Origin: Candidatus Thorarchaeota archaeon
GTDB lineage: Archaea > Asgardarchaeota > Thorarchaeia > Thorarchaeales > Thorarchaeaceae
Assembly: GCA_963726195.1 (NCBI GenBank)
Contig: CAVSBO010000017.1
Location: 47,331-111,330 of the forward strand
Length of the DNA stretch: 64,000 nucleotides
Direction: 5' to 3'
Positions 53,377-64,000 of this stretch are shown here, one piece after another. The translations under genes and the position numbers were made by a program. Under the pieces are notes generated by a model that ran no database searches, was not told the origin of the DNA, and worked only from the letters and a program-made list of their open reading frames with translations. Positions within the stretch are counted from its first letter, which is position 1. Every line of letters begins with the position of its first letter.

Positions 53377-53398
53377 AGCCCTGCGCTAACGCAGGGCT
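53377..53398. terminator. GC-rich hairpin downstream of the membrane protein gene
   Basis: AGCCCTGCG-CTAA-CGCAGGGCT perfect 9-bp stem, 22 nt past the stop at 53420. Confidence 0.45.
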
Positions 53399-53419
53399 AG
53401 AGTCGTCTTAGATGTTCGG

Positions 53420-56147
53420 TCAGAACATCATCACGAGGATTGGTGTGATGTTTGCTTCGATTAGTGCTGCAATCAAGAGGAAGAAGAGGACGAGAACGTA
53501 GGTCCGCCAGAGTCTCAAGTCAGTCAATAGAGTCCGAGTCTTGTATCGAACGGATCCCCAGTCTCGAGCTTGAATGGTTGGTGCGAGATCGCGTGCGATT
53601 CTCAGGGAAACCGCGGCAGCAAACAAGAAAGCAGGTATCTCGATGATGCCATGTGGCAGAAGGACAGCTAGGTAATGTGTGATACTCCCTCCTAGCAGCG
53701 CATCAACCGTGCCCATGCCAGCAACCCAGAGTGCAGTGGATAGTACCTCTGCGATTGCCACAGACATCAAGCTGATGCGTACGTACGTTATCAGGAAACT
53801 TTCATTCATGACCTCAGGCTTTGCGTGGTACGCAACCCGATAGAAAGCCTGTCAGAATCACGGGTAACATGACCAGCGCTATCAATGTGAACTGGTCGTC
53901 ATAAATGAAATACTCCATAGCAAAGAGCATCAACATGGGGGGGAACCACCAGCCTCGACTGTTCCCACGAGCAATCCGATTGAAGAGATGGACAGCAAAC
54001 GTTGCTACGAACAGAATGCCAAGAATGACGACTGCTCTCAGTCCGAGCTCTGCAACAAAGGGCCAAGCAGGATTGAGCTTGCCGCCCATTGCATCAATCG
54101 TCGTCCACACCAGGGCAACGAGGGCACCCATTACTGCCCCGAGCAAGCTTATCCCGCTGAGTCTGCTTGCTCCTTTGGACTTGCCTTTTGCAGCGAACAG
54201 CCAGAGGATTAACGTCCAGAAGACAGGACCAGCCACAAGCATGAGAAGTGTCCTTATCACGTTATGCTCTGCAATGAGAACGAATGGAGAAACAATCGTA
54301 GAGAACACATATTCCAGTCCGTTGGGACTTCCAATCTCGAAAACCACTGACGAAACTAGCCAGTTAAGGCTGGGCAGATCGATGAGGCTGCTAAGGAGAA
54401 GCACTCCTAGGACTGAACCAACGACACCCACGGCAAACATGGCTACTGACTCCCAGACATCACGTGCATGCACTGTCAGAAGAGGACCGACCTCCTCGCC
54501 CGTTTCCTTCTTCCATTCCTGCCGGAACTGGTAGTAGTATAGTATGAATAGAGCCGCCGAGATGTAAATCGGAACATTCACGATAAACTCGTAGGCCAGA
54601 CGATACCAGTAATCGGATGCTGTCGGAATGCTGACTACGGGATACAGTCTGTAGAAGAGAATACTCTTGATCGTAGCGGGTGTCGGGGTAATCCCTATCG
54701 TGTAGTCCATCCCCGGCAAGATGAACCAAACAGCGACAGAAACGAAAAGTCCTGAAAAGAATGCATACGCCTCCATTCCACCCTTGGTTCTTTGCCGTAT
54801 GTAGTGTCCCAGAATACCAAGAACAAGCATCATGCTCAGTGGTATGGACAGCATGAGTAGCGTCCAAATCGCCGGCGGAATGAGCCCCACGTTGTTGATG
54901 GCATTCTGTGTCAAGTACAGAACGTTTCCGACTACTTTCTCGGGGTAAACAAAGAAGCTAGCCATGTAGTTGAATGCGAAGTTCAGGGTAACCCCCATAA
55001 CAGCCCCGACAAAGGCACCTGTCGCAAGAACGCCTGCTCCAATGGCAGAAAGAAGGTTGATTGCCGCCCCATTCCAGCTCAGCGATGATAGCTTAGACCG
55101 GAAGCCTCTGATGGTCTCGAAGGTTCTCCTGTAGAGAACTTCTGAGAAGCCTTCCGTCATGGGCAGGAGTATGAGTGCGAACAGTATCGGGGGTATTGCA
55201 ACAATCAGTCCGTCTGCATAGAATTGTCCAAGCCCAGCAAGCGTGCCTCTTTGCATATTGTCCCACACTTGATATCCAATAGTTGCGAGTGAAAGCAGAA
55301 TGTTCAATCTGAAGAACCAACCAAGGACTCCTCTCATCATTTCGGAACCTATGTCCCTGTCTCCAAGCTTCATGCCCAACCCCTTTGCAATTCGGTTAGA
55401 GGCAGGATAGCCGAACCTGTAGATCCATGTCAGAAATATGAGGACACCCATGGCGTAGTAAGAGACTTTGGTAGGATCCTGCATGTATGCGCTAACGCTT
55501 GGAATGACTGTCGCGAGACCTATGATGAGATAGTCTCTCCATGAATCTGACCAAGCCTTTGACACAACTTTCGGATTGAGTGGTTGAGATTGAACATCAG
55601 AGAATGTTATGTGGCTCATTCGGTCGTGTAATCCCGAGTAGCCATCACTTACAGGTGTCTTGCCAGTGAACACCTTGATTAGACCTGCAAATCTGAGCTT
55701 CCATGAATTCTCCAAAGCAAGCTTCAGAACCAAAACAAGTTGGCCGAAAAGAACAGCCATGAAAGAGACCATTATCCAAGTCAGGAATTCCTGCAGTGCA
55801 TATGCAAAGTGGAAAATGAAGTTGGTAATCAGAACCCAATACAATGTGTTGTAGTCAACCGCGGGGTCGAAACCGGGTATAACCTGCATATTCTCCGCTG
55901 GAATCCGCGCGATATTGTAGATGAAGAACGAAATCGCTTTCACAAACATCAGTACTATGAATGCCTCAATGAAGTGGTTTCTTCGGTCGCGGAATAGCGC
56001 GAGATAGACCAACAAAACTACAATCGTTGGAAGAAGTTCAAAAAGAATAGTCAGGGGAGTGAGGTCTGGCACAGTATAGGGTCTCCTCAAGTGCTTAAAC
56101 AACCCGACCCTCGCGCTTAGTAAAAAACATACGTTGGATATCCCCAC
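53420..56147 (-). CDS. Large polytopic membrane protein with C-terminal SpoIIM/DUF95-like domain; +1 frameshift near 53845; start uncertain
   Basis: Many TM segments; LLPHGIIEIPA and LLIAALIEANITP in ORF 53420..53809; junction reads GFYRVAYHAKPEVMNE. Confidence 0.72.
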
Positions 56148-56257
56148 CTCACCGAGGACATCGCATTACATGCGGGACAGTTCAACTCCCTCTGCCGCAG
56201 CATGCAAGGCAGATACTACTTATCGGGCTGTTGAATACTGTGGCGTCTGGAAACAGT

Positions 56258-58249
56258 ATGTTGCCGAAGGATATTGTCGAGTGTGTGGCGGACCTCGTGT
56301 CAGGCATTCGTGCCGTCGACTTTGCGACAGAGCTATCACGTTTTCACAGAATCCAAGCAAGTCCAGGCTTCCACGAGGCTGCTGAGTATGTCAGGGACCA
56401 GATTGCGAGAGTGTCCAAAGCGGAGGTTAAACTGTTCGAGTTCCCGGAAGTGACGCAAGAGAGGTTTGAAACATGGGAAAGCATCTATGGATGGGTCCCA
56501 AAACATGGCACGCTCCAGCTGCTTGAGCCTGAGCAGAAGACTCTTGCTGACTTCGATACTCAGCCTATTTCACTGATTGCACAATCATGCTCAGCGAACG
56601 TGGAGACCGATGTGGTGTATGTTGGCAAGGGCCTAAGACCCGAGGACTATGAAGGCAAGGATATTGCAGGACGAATCGTGTTGGCGGAAGGAAGAGCTTC
56701 GAACGTTCATAGGATTGCATGTATGGAGCGGGGTGCGGCAGGTTTTCTCTTGTTCCAAGCACCTTCAGGAATACAAGGTGTTCCGGATTTGCGTCCCTAT
56801 GCTGCTATTTGGCCGAGGCCCGGAGAAGCTGAAAAGACTCGATTTGGCTTCGCACTCGCCAACTCAGATGGAATGAGAATCAAGAAGTGGCTTGAAGAAA
56901 AGAAGAAGGTCACCGTCAGAGCAAATGTGGAGGCGAAGCTTGGGGCGGGAAAGACTGAGGTTGTCTCAGCCCTCATCAAGGGCACTGAGACCTCCGATGA
57001 GGTTTGGTTAGTTGCTCACATCTGTCATCCACACCCAAGTGCGAACGACAATGCGTCAGGCAGTGGAGCACTACTCGAAGCTCTAAGGGTCATCTCAAGG
57101 ATGATAGCAGATGGCAAGATTCCGCAGCCGAGTACGTCGATTAGATTCCTCTGGGTTCCAGAGTGGACCGGAATCACTGACATGTTACATTATGCGAAGG
57201 ATGTCTTAGGCAAATGCAGGTTCATGGTAAATGCAGACATGGTTGGAGCTGACCCCAGCAGAACTGGCTCGGTGTTACATCTGTTCAGAACGCCCCATTC
57301 ACTTCCTACTACTCTGAACAACGTAGTACGAATCTGGCTCGCCAGCGAAGTCAAGAGAGAAACGAAGCACGAGTCTTCCGCGGGGAGAGTGCCTCTGCCA
57401 TGGGAGTACAATGCATACTCTGCAGGTAGTGATCATATGCTACTTGCATGCAAGAACCCCGGAGTCCCCGCGGTCATGCTAAATCAATGGCCAGAGCCGT
57501 TCTGGCACACGTCTGCCGACACCCCGGATAATCTGAACTCCCGGCAGATGGAGTTTGTTGTCAGAGTGCTGGTTCTTACGGCCGTGTCGCTCGGTATCCC
57601 CAATAGGACAATGAAGGAAGTTGTGTTGACTGATTGCAGGAATGAAGCAGTCGAACTCATTCACGAAGTCGGGATGAGAGCTGTTCGAGAACTGTCTTCA
57701 TGTGCAGGCAACCCGGAGGAGCTTTACAGTAGATACATGAAATGGCTCGGTCTGTCCCTCGAACTTGGCGAAGCGTCGCTTGATTCTGCTTCACATGAGT
57801 GGTCGTTGATAGAAGAACAAAGGGCACTTGAACAGGCACTCAAAGCGAGCCTTGAGATGACGTACACGACTGAAATGGTCGTCGCAAGAAGGGCATATGA
57901 GGGGGCGTGTGCAGAGGCAGGGCTTGAAGCGAAGGAAGAGAGCCATTTCGAGGCCGAGCCAAGCTCCTTCGGCAAAGAAATCAGAAGACTCGTCAAGTGC
58001 GCACTGGACCCAGGCTATTTGATGAGAACGAGCTATGACCTGCTGATTAAGTATACAGATCTTGCCGATGCGGTCAAGCCACTCTCAGAGCGCATCGATG
58101 AAATCCTGAACTTGTCTGCGAGTTGGAGGTCGATTGGCGATATCTATGAGCGCATTTGCCTTGAGTTCGGTCCGATGGATTCCAAGGTGTTCACGAGCAT
58201 CGTGGAAGACCTGGAGAAAATTGAAGTGATAGAATCTCGGGAGGTGTGA
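56258..58249 (+). CDS. M28-family peptidase with PA domain (DUF4910-like)
   Basis: FHRIQASPG, AHICHP, ANDNASG, WVPE, DMVG, GSDH, WHTSAD. Confidence 0.85.
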   Translation: MLPKDIVECVADLVSGIRAVDFATELSRFHRIQASPGFHEAAEYVRDQIARVSKAEVKLFEFPEVTQERFETWESIYGWVPKHGTLQLLEPEQKTLADFDTQPISLIAQSCSANVETDVVYVGKGLRPEDYEGKDIAGRIVLAEGRASNVHRIACMERGAAGFLLFQAPSGIQGVPDLRPYAAIWPRPGEAEKTRFGFALANSDGMRIKKWLEEKKKVTVRANVEAKLGAGKTEVVSALIKGTETSDEVWLVAHICHPHPSANDNASGSGALLEALRVISRMIADGKIPQPSTSIRFLWVPEWTGITDMLHYAKDVLGKCRFMVNADMVGADPSRTGSVLHLFRTPHSLPTTLNNVVRIWLASEVKRETKHESSAGRVPLPWEYNAYSAGSDHMLLACKNPGVPAVMLNQWPEPFWHTSADTPDNLNSRQMEFVVRVLVLTAVSLGIPNRTMKEVVLTDCRNEAVELIHEVGMRAVRELSSCAGNPEELYSRYMKWLGLSLELGEASLDSASHEWSLIEEQRALEQALKASLEMTYTTEMVVARRAYEGACAEAGLEAKEESHFEAEPSSFGKEIRRLVKCALDPGYLMRTSYDLLIKYTDLADAVKPLSERIDEILNLSASWRSIGDIYERICLEFGPMDSKVFTSIVEDLEKIEVIESREV

Positions 58250-58282
58250 GGAGCGAAGCAAACTGTTTGGCCCTACAAGAAA

Positions 58283-58741
58283 GTGGTTTTCGCCGGGACA
58301 TTCGATCACCTGCACGAAGGCCACAAGTACTTGCTGCGCACAGCCCTCAAGCTGGGTGCGTGGGTTGGGGTTGGAATAACGACCGACAGAATGCTAGGAG
58401 GAAAGACTGACCCCGACAAAATCCAAACATTCGACGAACGCAGGAAATCGGTATTGGAATTCCTGAAAACGGAAGGTCAAGGAGACAGGTGCACCATATT
58501 CGCGATAGACACTAAGGAGGGTGGTGCCGAATCCATGAAAGGCCTCGAGGCCCTCATCGTTTCGGACGAGATAAACGTCGTGGCCAATGCGTTCGAGGTG
58601 AACGAGAAACGTGCGCAGAATGATCTTCCACGGTTTCACATAGTGGTCGTACCTCGAGTCAGGACTGAAGACGGAGCACCATTGTCATCCTCGCGGATAA
58701 GGCGCGGGGAATCATTTGAACGCAAGAAGCTCACTTACTAA
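58283..58741 (+). CDS. coaD: Phosphopantetheine adenylyltransferase (archaeal type); true start possibly GTG 58246 with a frameshift
   Basis: AGTFDHLHEGH, GITTD, LIVSDE, LSSSRIR. Confidence 0.88.
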   Translation: MVFAGTFDHLHEGHKYLLRTALKLGAWVGVGITTDRMLGGKTDPDKIQTFDERRKSVLEFLKTEGQGDRCTIFAIDTKEGGAESMKGLEALIVSDEINVVANAFEVNEKRAQNDLPRFHIVVVPRVRTEDGAPLSSSRIRRGESFERKKLTY

Positions 58742-60057
58742 TCACCTGTAGGAAACAATTGGGCCTGAGCATATCTAATCTCAAATGCGGCATTATCAAC
58801 CAGCTCCAAATACCGAATAGATCTTGCCGCTTTCTCTGCTTCTTGTCGAGCGACTGAATCACTTACCATAATGTCCGCACCAATTGAAGCACCCCCACGA
58901 ATCTGATTCACTCGGGCCTTTGTGAACTTGGGGAAAAGCCCAATCCTGTATGCGTCATCAAGATTGAGTTGAGATCCGAAAGAGCCAGTCAGATAGACCA
59001 GACGTATCTCGTCCGGAGAGATATCACAGGCTTCGACAACCGTGCCAATCGCGGCGTTTATGGCGGCTTTCGATTGCTGAATTAGCCTCACATCTGGCTG
59101 TGAGACATAGATCGGCTGCGCTGATCCAGTTTCAGTTGCTTGGCAGAGCACATACCTGGTCGTGCCAGCGTTTTTTGGAAGCCAGACGGATTCGGTGTTT
59201 CTCTCAATCGAGCCAATGGAATTCATGATGCCTGCATTTAGCATCTCGGCCAAGGCTGATAGAATGCCAGTCCCGCATATTCCGGTCGGCCTCTCTTTGC
59301 CTATCACTTCTACGTGCGGACTCAGGTCTTGACGGACTATCTTGACCCTGAATATCGCTCCATTCCTGGCCGGCATGCCAGACTCTATTGTCATGCCTTC
59401 GAATGCCGGTCCCGAGGCAGCCGATGCCGCGTAGAGCCTTCCATGTGCCCGAAGCAGAATCTCGGTGTTTGTTCCAATATCAATAGCCACCGAAGGGTCG
59501 GCTCTATTGAGTATGTCGGAGGCGAGTAGCACGGCAAGAGCATCCGGACCCACAAAGGATTCAACGATGGGAGGAGAATAGCAGACCGCATGCTCACCGA
59601 GATGGAGCCCAATTCTCTCTGCCCTCGTGATGACCGGGCTCTTGCCTTCTGCAGTGTAGGGTGGCCGCACAAGGGAATCTACAGGCAGACCATAGAACAT
59701 GTGATGCATGACAGTGTTGCCAACAATGACGACAGCCTCCACTGATTCGGGGGGTATCCCTGCGGCACTCAGAATCTCCTGTATACCCTCATCTACCGAC
59801 TCTCTTATGACGGCGGTGAACCAGTCAGCACTGCGCTGGTCTTTCAGACTTTGTTTAATGCGAGTAACAACGTCAAGACCTGAGACCGACTGAGGATTCT
59901 CCAAGACCCTCTCTAAGATCACGTGTTTCATGGGAATGTCAACGATATGGACCGTAATCCAGGTGGTGCCAATGTCTACCGACAGGCCATAAGGATTCGT
60001 CTCGTCCACGACTTCACGCTCTCTGGAATTAGTATTTGAAACGCAACCGGCTAACAA
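58738..60057 (-). CDS. ASKHA-fold reductive activator of corrinoid proteins (RACo-like), without a ferredoxin domain
   Basis: DIGTT, GNTVM, FVGPD, DIGTNTE, ASGPAFEG, GICGTG, LTGSFG. Confidence 0.85.
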   Translation of the reverse strand: MLAGCVSNTNSREREVVDETNPYGLSVDIGTTWITVHIVDIPMKHVILERVLENPQSVSGLDVVTRIKQSLKDQRSADWFTAVIRESVDEGIQEILSAAGIPPESVEAVVIVGNTVMHHMFYGLPVDSLVRPPYTAEGKSPVITRAERIGLHLGEHAVCYSPPIVESFVGPDALAVLLASDILNRADPSVAIDIGTNTEILLRAHGRLYAASAASGPAFEGMTIESGMPARNGAIFRVKIVRQDLSPHVEVIGKERPTGICGTGILSALAEMLNAGIMNSIGSIERNTESVWLPKNAGTTRYVLCQATETGSAQPIYVSQPDVRLIQQSKAAINAAIGTVVEACDISPDEIRLVYLTGSFGSQLNLDDAYRIGLFPKFTKARVNQIRGGASIGADIMVSDSVARQEAEKAARSIRYLELVDNAAFEIRYAQAQLFPTGD

Positions 60058-60072
60058 GCAGTCGCTTAGATT

Positions 60073-60540
60073 CTAGCGCACAATCATAACTGGACATGAA
60101 GCGCTCTTGGCGACCTTGTCACTTATCGTTCCCACGAACACACGCCTAATCCCGCTAACACCTCTCGACCCGACAAGAATCAGATCGATTCTTCGCTCTT
60201 CTGCTAATTCTATGATTCTGTTAGCTGGGTCTCCATGTGACAGGAGATCGATGACTTCGCAGCCGCTATCTCGAGCCAACTCTTTGGCTCTGGCCAGTAT
60301 GTCCTCTCCCACCTTCTGCAATGCCAAGAAGGGTTGGTCAGAGACTGTGTCGTGGTACGGATTTGCAGAAACAAGCATCGGTACGACATGCAAGAGAATT
60401 ATCTCGGCGCCGAGTGAGGATCCCAGAAGGCATGCATATCGTACAGCCTTGTAAGAATACTCAGAACCGTCAACTGCCACTAGTATGTTCTTCAGCTTAA
60501 CAGGCTCGCCTTCCATGCCCAGCTCGTTATCATTGCTCAT
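60073..60540 (-). CDS. Universal stress protein
   Basis: ILVAVDGS, GDPA, DLILVGSRG, CPVMIVR. Confidence 0.93.
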   Translation of the reverse strand: MSNDNELGMEGEPVKLKNILVAVDGSEYSYKAVRYACLLGSSLGAEIILLHVVPMLVSANPYHDTVSDQPFLALQKVGEDILARAKELARDSGCEVIDLLSHGDPANRIIELAEERRIDLILVGSRGVSGIRRVFVGTISDKVAKSASCPVMIVR

Positions 60541-60665
60541 TAGGGACCCGCGAGAGTGACTAGGACGAGCAGCTTATCTCTCTTTCTGAGTAATTTGAAC
60601 AGACACAATTCAGTTATATCGCAAGAGCGTAATGACAAGGACGATTACCTAGTCGGTGGTGCGCG

Positions 60666-60899
60666 ATGAAAATCAAAGGTACTCAATACACGGTGGAGAA
60701 GAAGGAATCAACCCTTGAGTTGAAGAACCAAGGAAAGGTCGTCGAAACCATTCAGATCCAAGGCAAGACCGTCACGGAAGTAGCTGATGCACTCTGGGAT
60801 GCACTCAAGCGGAAGGGTGTGTTGGTACAGAAGACTGGCTTGAGAGAGGAACTTGCTGAGCTCTTTCCAGGTTCTCGTCCTTCGGGACCCATTAAGTGA
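60666..60899 (+). CDS. Small hypothetical protein (77 aa)
   Basis: GGTGG SD-like motif; natural composition. Confidence 0.65.
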   Translation: MKIKGTQYTVEKKESTLELKNQGKVVETIQIQGKTVTEVADALWDALKRKGVLVQKTGLREELAELFPGSRPSGPIK

Positions 60900-60966
60900 G
60901 TTTTACTCACCGTAGCAGCTGTTGTGCGAGGGAACGCGAAACGCCCTTCAAGAGGGCTGAGGCGCA

Positions 60967-62482
60967 TTAGCTTCTTTGAAGTCCGCCGAAGGTTTGGTTC
61001 CCCCGCACCAAGTCCTGCAGTGTTCTGAGCAAGTCGGTTCGTGTGACGCGAACCTGCTCCATCGAATCTCTGTCTCTGATTGTGACTGTGTTGTCACTGA
61101 GTGATTGATAGTCAACGGTCACACAGAAAGGAGTGCCTATCTCATCTTGGCGCCTGTACCTTCGACCAATGGAACCGGAGGAATCATGGTAGGCAACAAG
61201 TCCACTATCGAGAAGCTCCCTGTAAATCTCCCCAGACGGCCCCTCAAGCTCCGGTTTCCCCATTAGGGGAAATACTCCAACCTGAATAGGTGCAATATGA
61301 GGCGGGAACTTGAGCCATACTCTCTCACTATCCTCAACATAGGCACGGTCTATGTGGCAGAAGAGAGGCCTTTCAACACCGAATGCAATCTCCAAGACAT
61401 TGGGCACCACGGTCTCGTCACCTGACTTCACTCCCAAGTTTTCTTTTGAGAACTCTTGGTGCCTGCTCAAATCGTAGCTACCTCTGTCGTGTACGCCGCA
61501 GCACTCAACCCAGCCGAAGCTATTCGTGTGCACTTCTATGTCCCAAGCATCGGCTGCATAGTGTGCCCTTTCTGTTGGTAGATGCTGACGCAATCTCAAC
61601 GAATCCTGTGAGAATCCCATCGTTCTGAATATCCTGTAGGCGAGGTCCACACACCACGCGTAGGCTTTCGTCTTGAAGTGACCTAGCTCTAGAGCATCGG
61701 AGACTCTGAATACTTCAACCTGATCCGAGCCGTCTATCTGAACTTGATAGGGCAACAACGGCAGCTCATCTTCCTTGATGCCTTCGAACTCGGACCAAGA
61801 CTGCTCGTCTTCAGTCAGTATGAAGAGCTGCCCCTCGACCTGAGTAAACTCACGTAGCCTCAGCATTCCTTGCCTAGGAGAGATTTCGTTTCGGTATGCT
61901 TTGCCGATTTGAAATACGCCTGCGGGCAGCTTGTCGCGGAAGAAGGTGAGAAGCCGCTTGAAAATCAGATATGTTGTTGTCGCGGTCTCCGGACGCATGT
62001 ATGCATCCTGATCGAGTCCGAGCCGAGTCTTCAGCATGAGATTGAATCGTTCAACGGGGCCGAGCTCACCTTTGCATGCTGGGCATCGAACTCCCAGTTC
62101 CTTGATCTTCTTGGTGAGCTGGTCCAGAGAGAGCCCCTTGATTTTGGCATCCGGTACCTGCTCTTCGATGAGATTGTCTGCACGGAATGCTTGGCCGCAC
62201 TTTGTGCATCGAGTCACTGGGTCCACAAAACCTTCAAGGTGACCTGAGGCCTTCCAAACGATTTCGGGGGCCACAGTTGGGCACTCCACTTCCCAGTAGT
62301 TCACCCGAACAAATGAGTCACGGATGGCCGCCTCTAAACGGTTCTTCATCAACTTGCCTAAAGGACCGAGATCGTAGAGACCGGGAGCTGCCACCGTATA
62401 TCTCAGGTGAAGGTCCCCAGAAGAAACCTCTCTTCTTACAAAGCCCCACGACAATCTCACTGATGTCTCTCTCTGAAGTCAT
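60967..62482 (-). CDS. glyS: Glycine-tRNA ligase (archaeal/eukaryal alpha2 type); +1 frameshift near 62384
   Basis: KKRGFFW..EIYGG joins GLYDLGPLG; WKASGH, RPETA, RNEISPR, REFTQ, SIGRRYRRQDEIGTPF. Confidence 0.96.
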
Positions 62483-62595
62483 ATTGAGTCTGGACCGGAC
62501 GCACGGGCGCCCTGACTTAAACCTATTCTCAAAGGGTCCTACTGCAGGAAGGCCTCCAGCATTCTTATTAGGGTTCCAAGAGGTCAGTCAGGAAG

Positions 62596-63909
62596 GTGTC
62601 GCTTTTGGATTCAAGAATCTCCGGCTTCTACAAGCTTACACGAGAGGAGCGAGTCAACAAGCTGTCTGAAATAGTCGGCATTGATGATGCTGATTTTGCG
62701 GCTCTTGCAGACCCAGGGAAGGTCGACATGGAAATACTTGACCACATGATTGAGAACGTGGTCGGGGCTATGACTCTCCCAGTTGGGATAGCGACCAACT
62801 TCCTGATAGATGGAAAGGACTACTTGATACCGATGGCAATTGAGGAACCATCTGTGGTTGCAGCAGCAAGCAATGCCGCACGCTTTGCTAGAGACCACGG
62901 CGGGTTCACGGCCACAGACACTGGTCCTCTTATGATAGGACAAATCCAAGCAGTCGACATTGCCAAGCCAACCTCAGCAAAGCAAGAGATTCTGAAGGCA
63001 AAGGACAAGATCATAGAGCTAGCCAATGCTCAAGACCCTGTCTTGGTGCGTTTCGGAGGCGGAGCCAAGGACCTTAGAGTCAGAGTCATAAAAACCAAAG
63101 TCGGTCCGATGGTGATCACTGAGCTTATCGTTGACACACGGGATGCGATGGGTGCAAATGCTGTCAATACCATGGCAGAAGCTGTTGCCCCCATGATTGA
63201 GAAGCTCTCTGGTGGGAAGGTCTTACTGAGAATTCTCTCCAACTTGGCAGACCAGAGGCTAGTGCGGGCAAAGGCAACTTTCGACAAAGAGCTCCTCGGT
63301 GGAGAGGAGATAGTAGATGGCATAATAGCTGCGTGGGCGTTCGCTGACGCAGACCCATACAGGTGTGCGACCCACAATAAGGGAATCATGAATGGCATCG
63401 ACGCCGTTGTAATAGCAACTGGGAATGATTTCCGGGCGATTGAGGCCGGAGCACACGGCTATGCGGCTACTCACGGATACACCTCTCTCACGAAGTACGA
63501 AAAGGACGCAGACGGCAACTTGGTCGGTTCAATAGAGATTCCCATGGCGGTAGGACTCATTGGAGGGGCCACCAAGATTCACCCGGCCGCAAGAGCATGC
63601 GTCAAGATTCTCGGAGTTAAGACTGCACTGGAACTCGGTCATGTCGCCGCAAGTGTTGGTCTCGCACAGAATCTGGCAGCACTCAGGGCGCTCGTGTCCG
63701 AAGGCATCCAGAAAGGGCATATGGCGTTGCATGCTCGTAACGTAGCTGCTACTGCGGGTGCCAAGGGTGACATGATAGATGTCATAGCTGATCAGCTCGT
63801 GAAAGAGAAGAATGTGAGAGCCGAGAGGGCAAAGGAAATCCTCGATGTGATGACCAAAGCCAGTGGTGCTTCTCACGGCCCAGAAAGCCGCAAGAAGTCC
63901 GAAAGATAA
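62596..63909 (+). CDS. mvaA: HMG-CoA reductase, class II
   Basis: ENVVG, EEPSVVAA, DAMGAN, RILSNL, THNKG, GNDFRA, GIQKGHMALH. Confidence 0.95.
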   Translation: MSLLDSRISGFYKLTREERVNKLSEIVGIDDADFAALADPGKVDMEILDHMIENVVGAMTLPVGIATNFLIDGKDYLIPMAIEEPSVVAAASNAARFARDHGGFTATDTGPLMIGQIQAVDIAKPTSAKQEILKAKDKIIELANAQDPVLVRFGGGAKDLRVRVIKTKVGPMVITELIVDTRDAMGANAVNTMAEAVAPMIEKLSGGKVLLRILSNLADQRLVRAKATFDKELLGGEEIVDGIIAAWAFADADPYRCATHNKGIMNGIDAVVIATGNDFRAIEAGAHGYAATHGYTSLTKYEKDADGNLVGSIEIPMAVGLIGGATKIHPAARACVKILGVKTALELGHVAASVGLAQNLAALRALVSEGIQKGHMALHARNVAATAGAKGDMIDVIADQLVKEKNVRAERAKEILDVMTKASGASHGPESRKKSER

Positions 63910-64000
63910 CATCTGGTCGCGAGCAGAAGAGCCGGTTTCTTGACCTCTGATACGAGCATGAAGGACACCATTTTTCGGCACTCAATACGTCAGAGTAACA

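Noticed and set aside
53345-53410. Hairpin region as a possible SECIS element
   Set aside because: No convincing SECIS core and no in-frame TGA at a Cys-equivalent position in neighbouring genes
62596-63909. Bacterial-type class II HMG-CoA reductase in an archaeon
   Set aside because: Already known in several archaeal lineages, for example Archaeoglobus

Overview
Archaeal chromosomal segment, most likely from an Asgard archaeon of Thorarchaeia type. This is inferred from TFB, Sec11-type signal peptidase, archaeal/eukaryal GlyRS, a 22-aa LRR protein and longin-small-GTPase fusions. Most genes are housekeeping or metabolic: kbl, nadA, cysS, tRNA-Cys, GH116, LarA-like, tfb, mutS-rpe-tal-amidohydrolase-mutL, coaD, RACo-like, glyS and class II HMG-CoA reductase. 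The main highlights are four. (1) A tandem paralogous pair at 11001-14766 with the architecture longin - small GTPase - longin - winged helix x2; one partner keeps all G motifs and the other is a pseudo-GTPase, recalling eukaryotic Rag/GATOR1-type modules. (2) A solitary TnpB with RuvC-III Asp replaced by Gln and a visible omega-RNA-like fold, abutting a decayed, partly homogenised copy of the mutS 5' end 1.3 kb upstream of the real mutS. (3) A NUDIX / macrodomain / degenerate-macrodomain cluster. (4) A beta-CASP nuclease with a non-KH N-terminal domain. About ten genes, including essential glyS, are split by single +1 frameshifts, which most likely reflects sequencing or assembly error. All calls come from motif reading only; no database searches were run.
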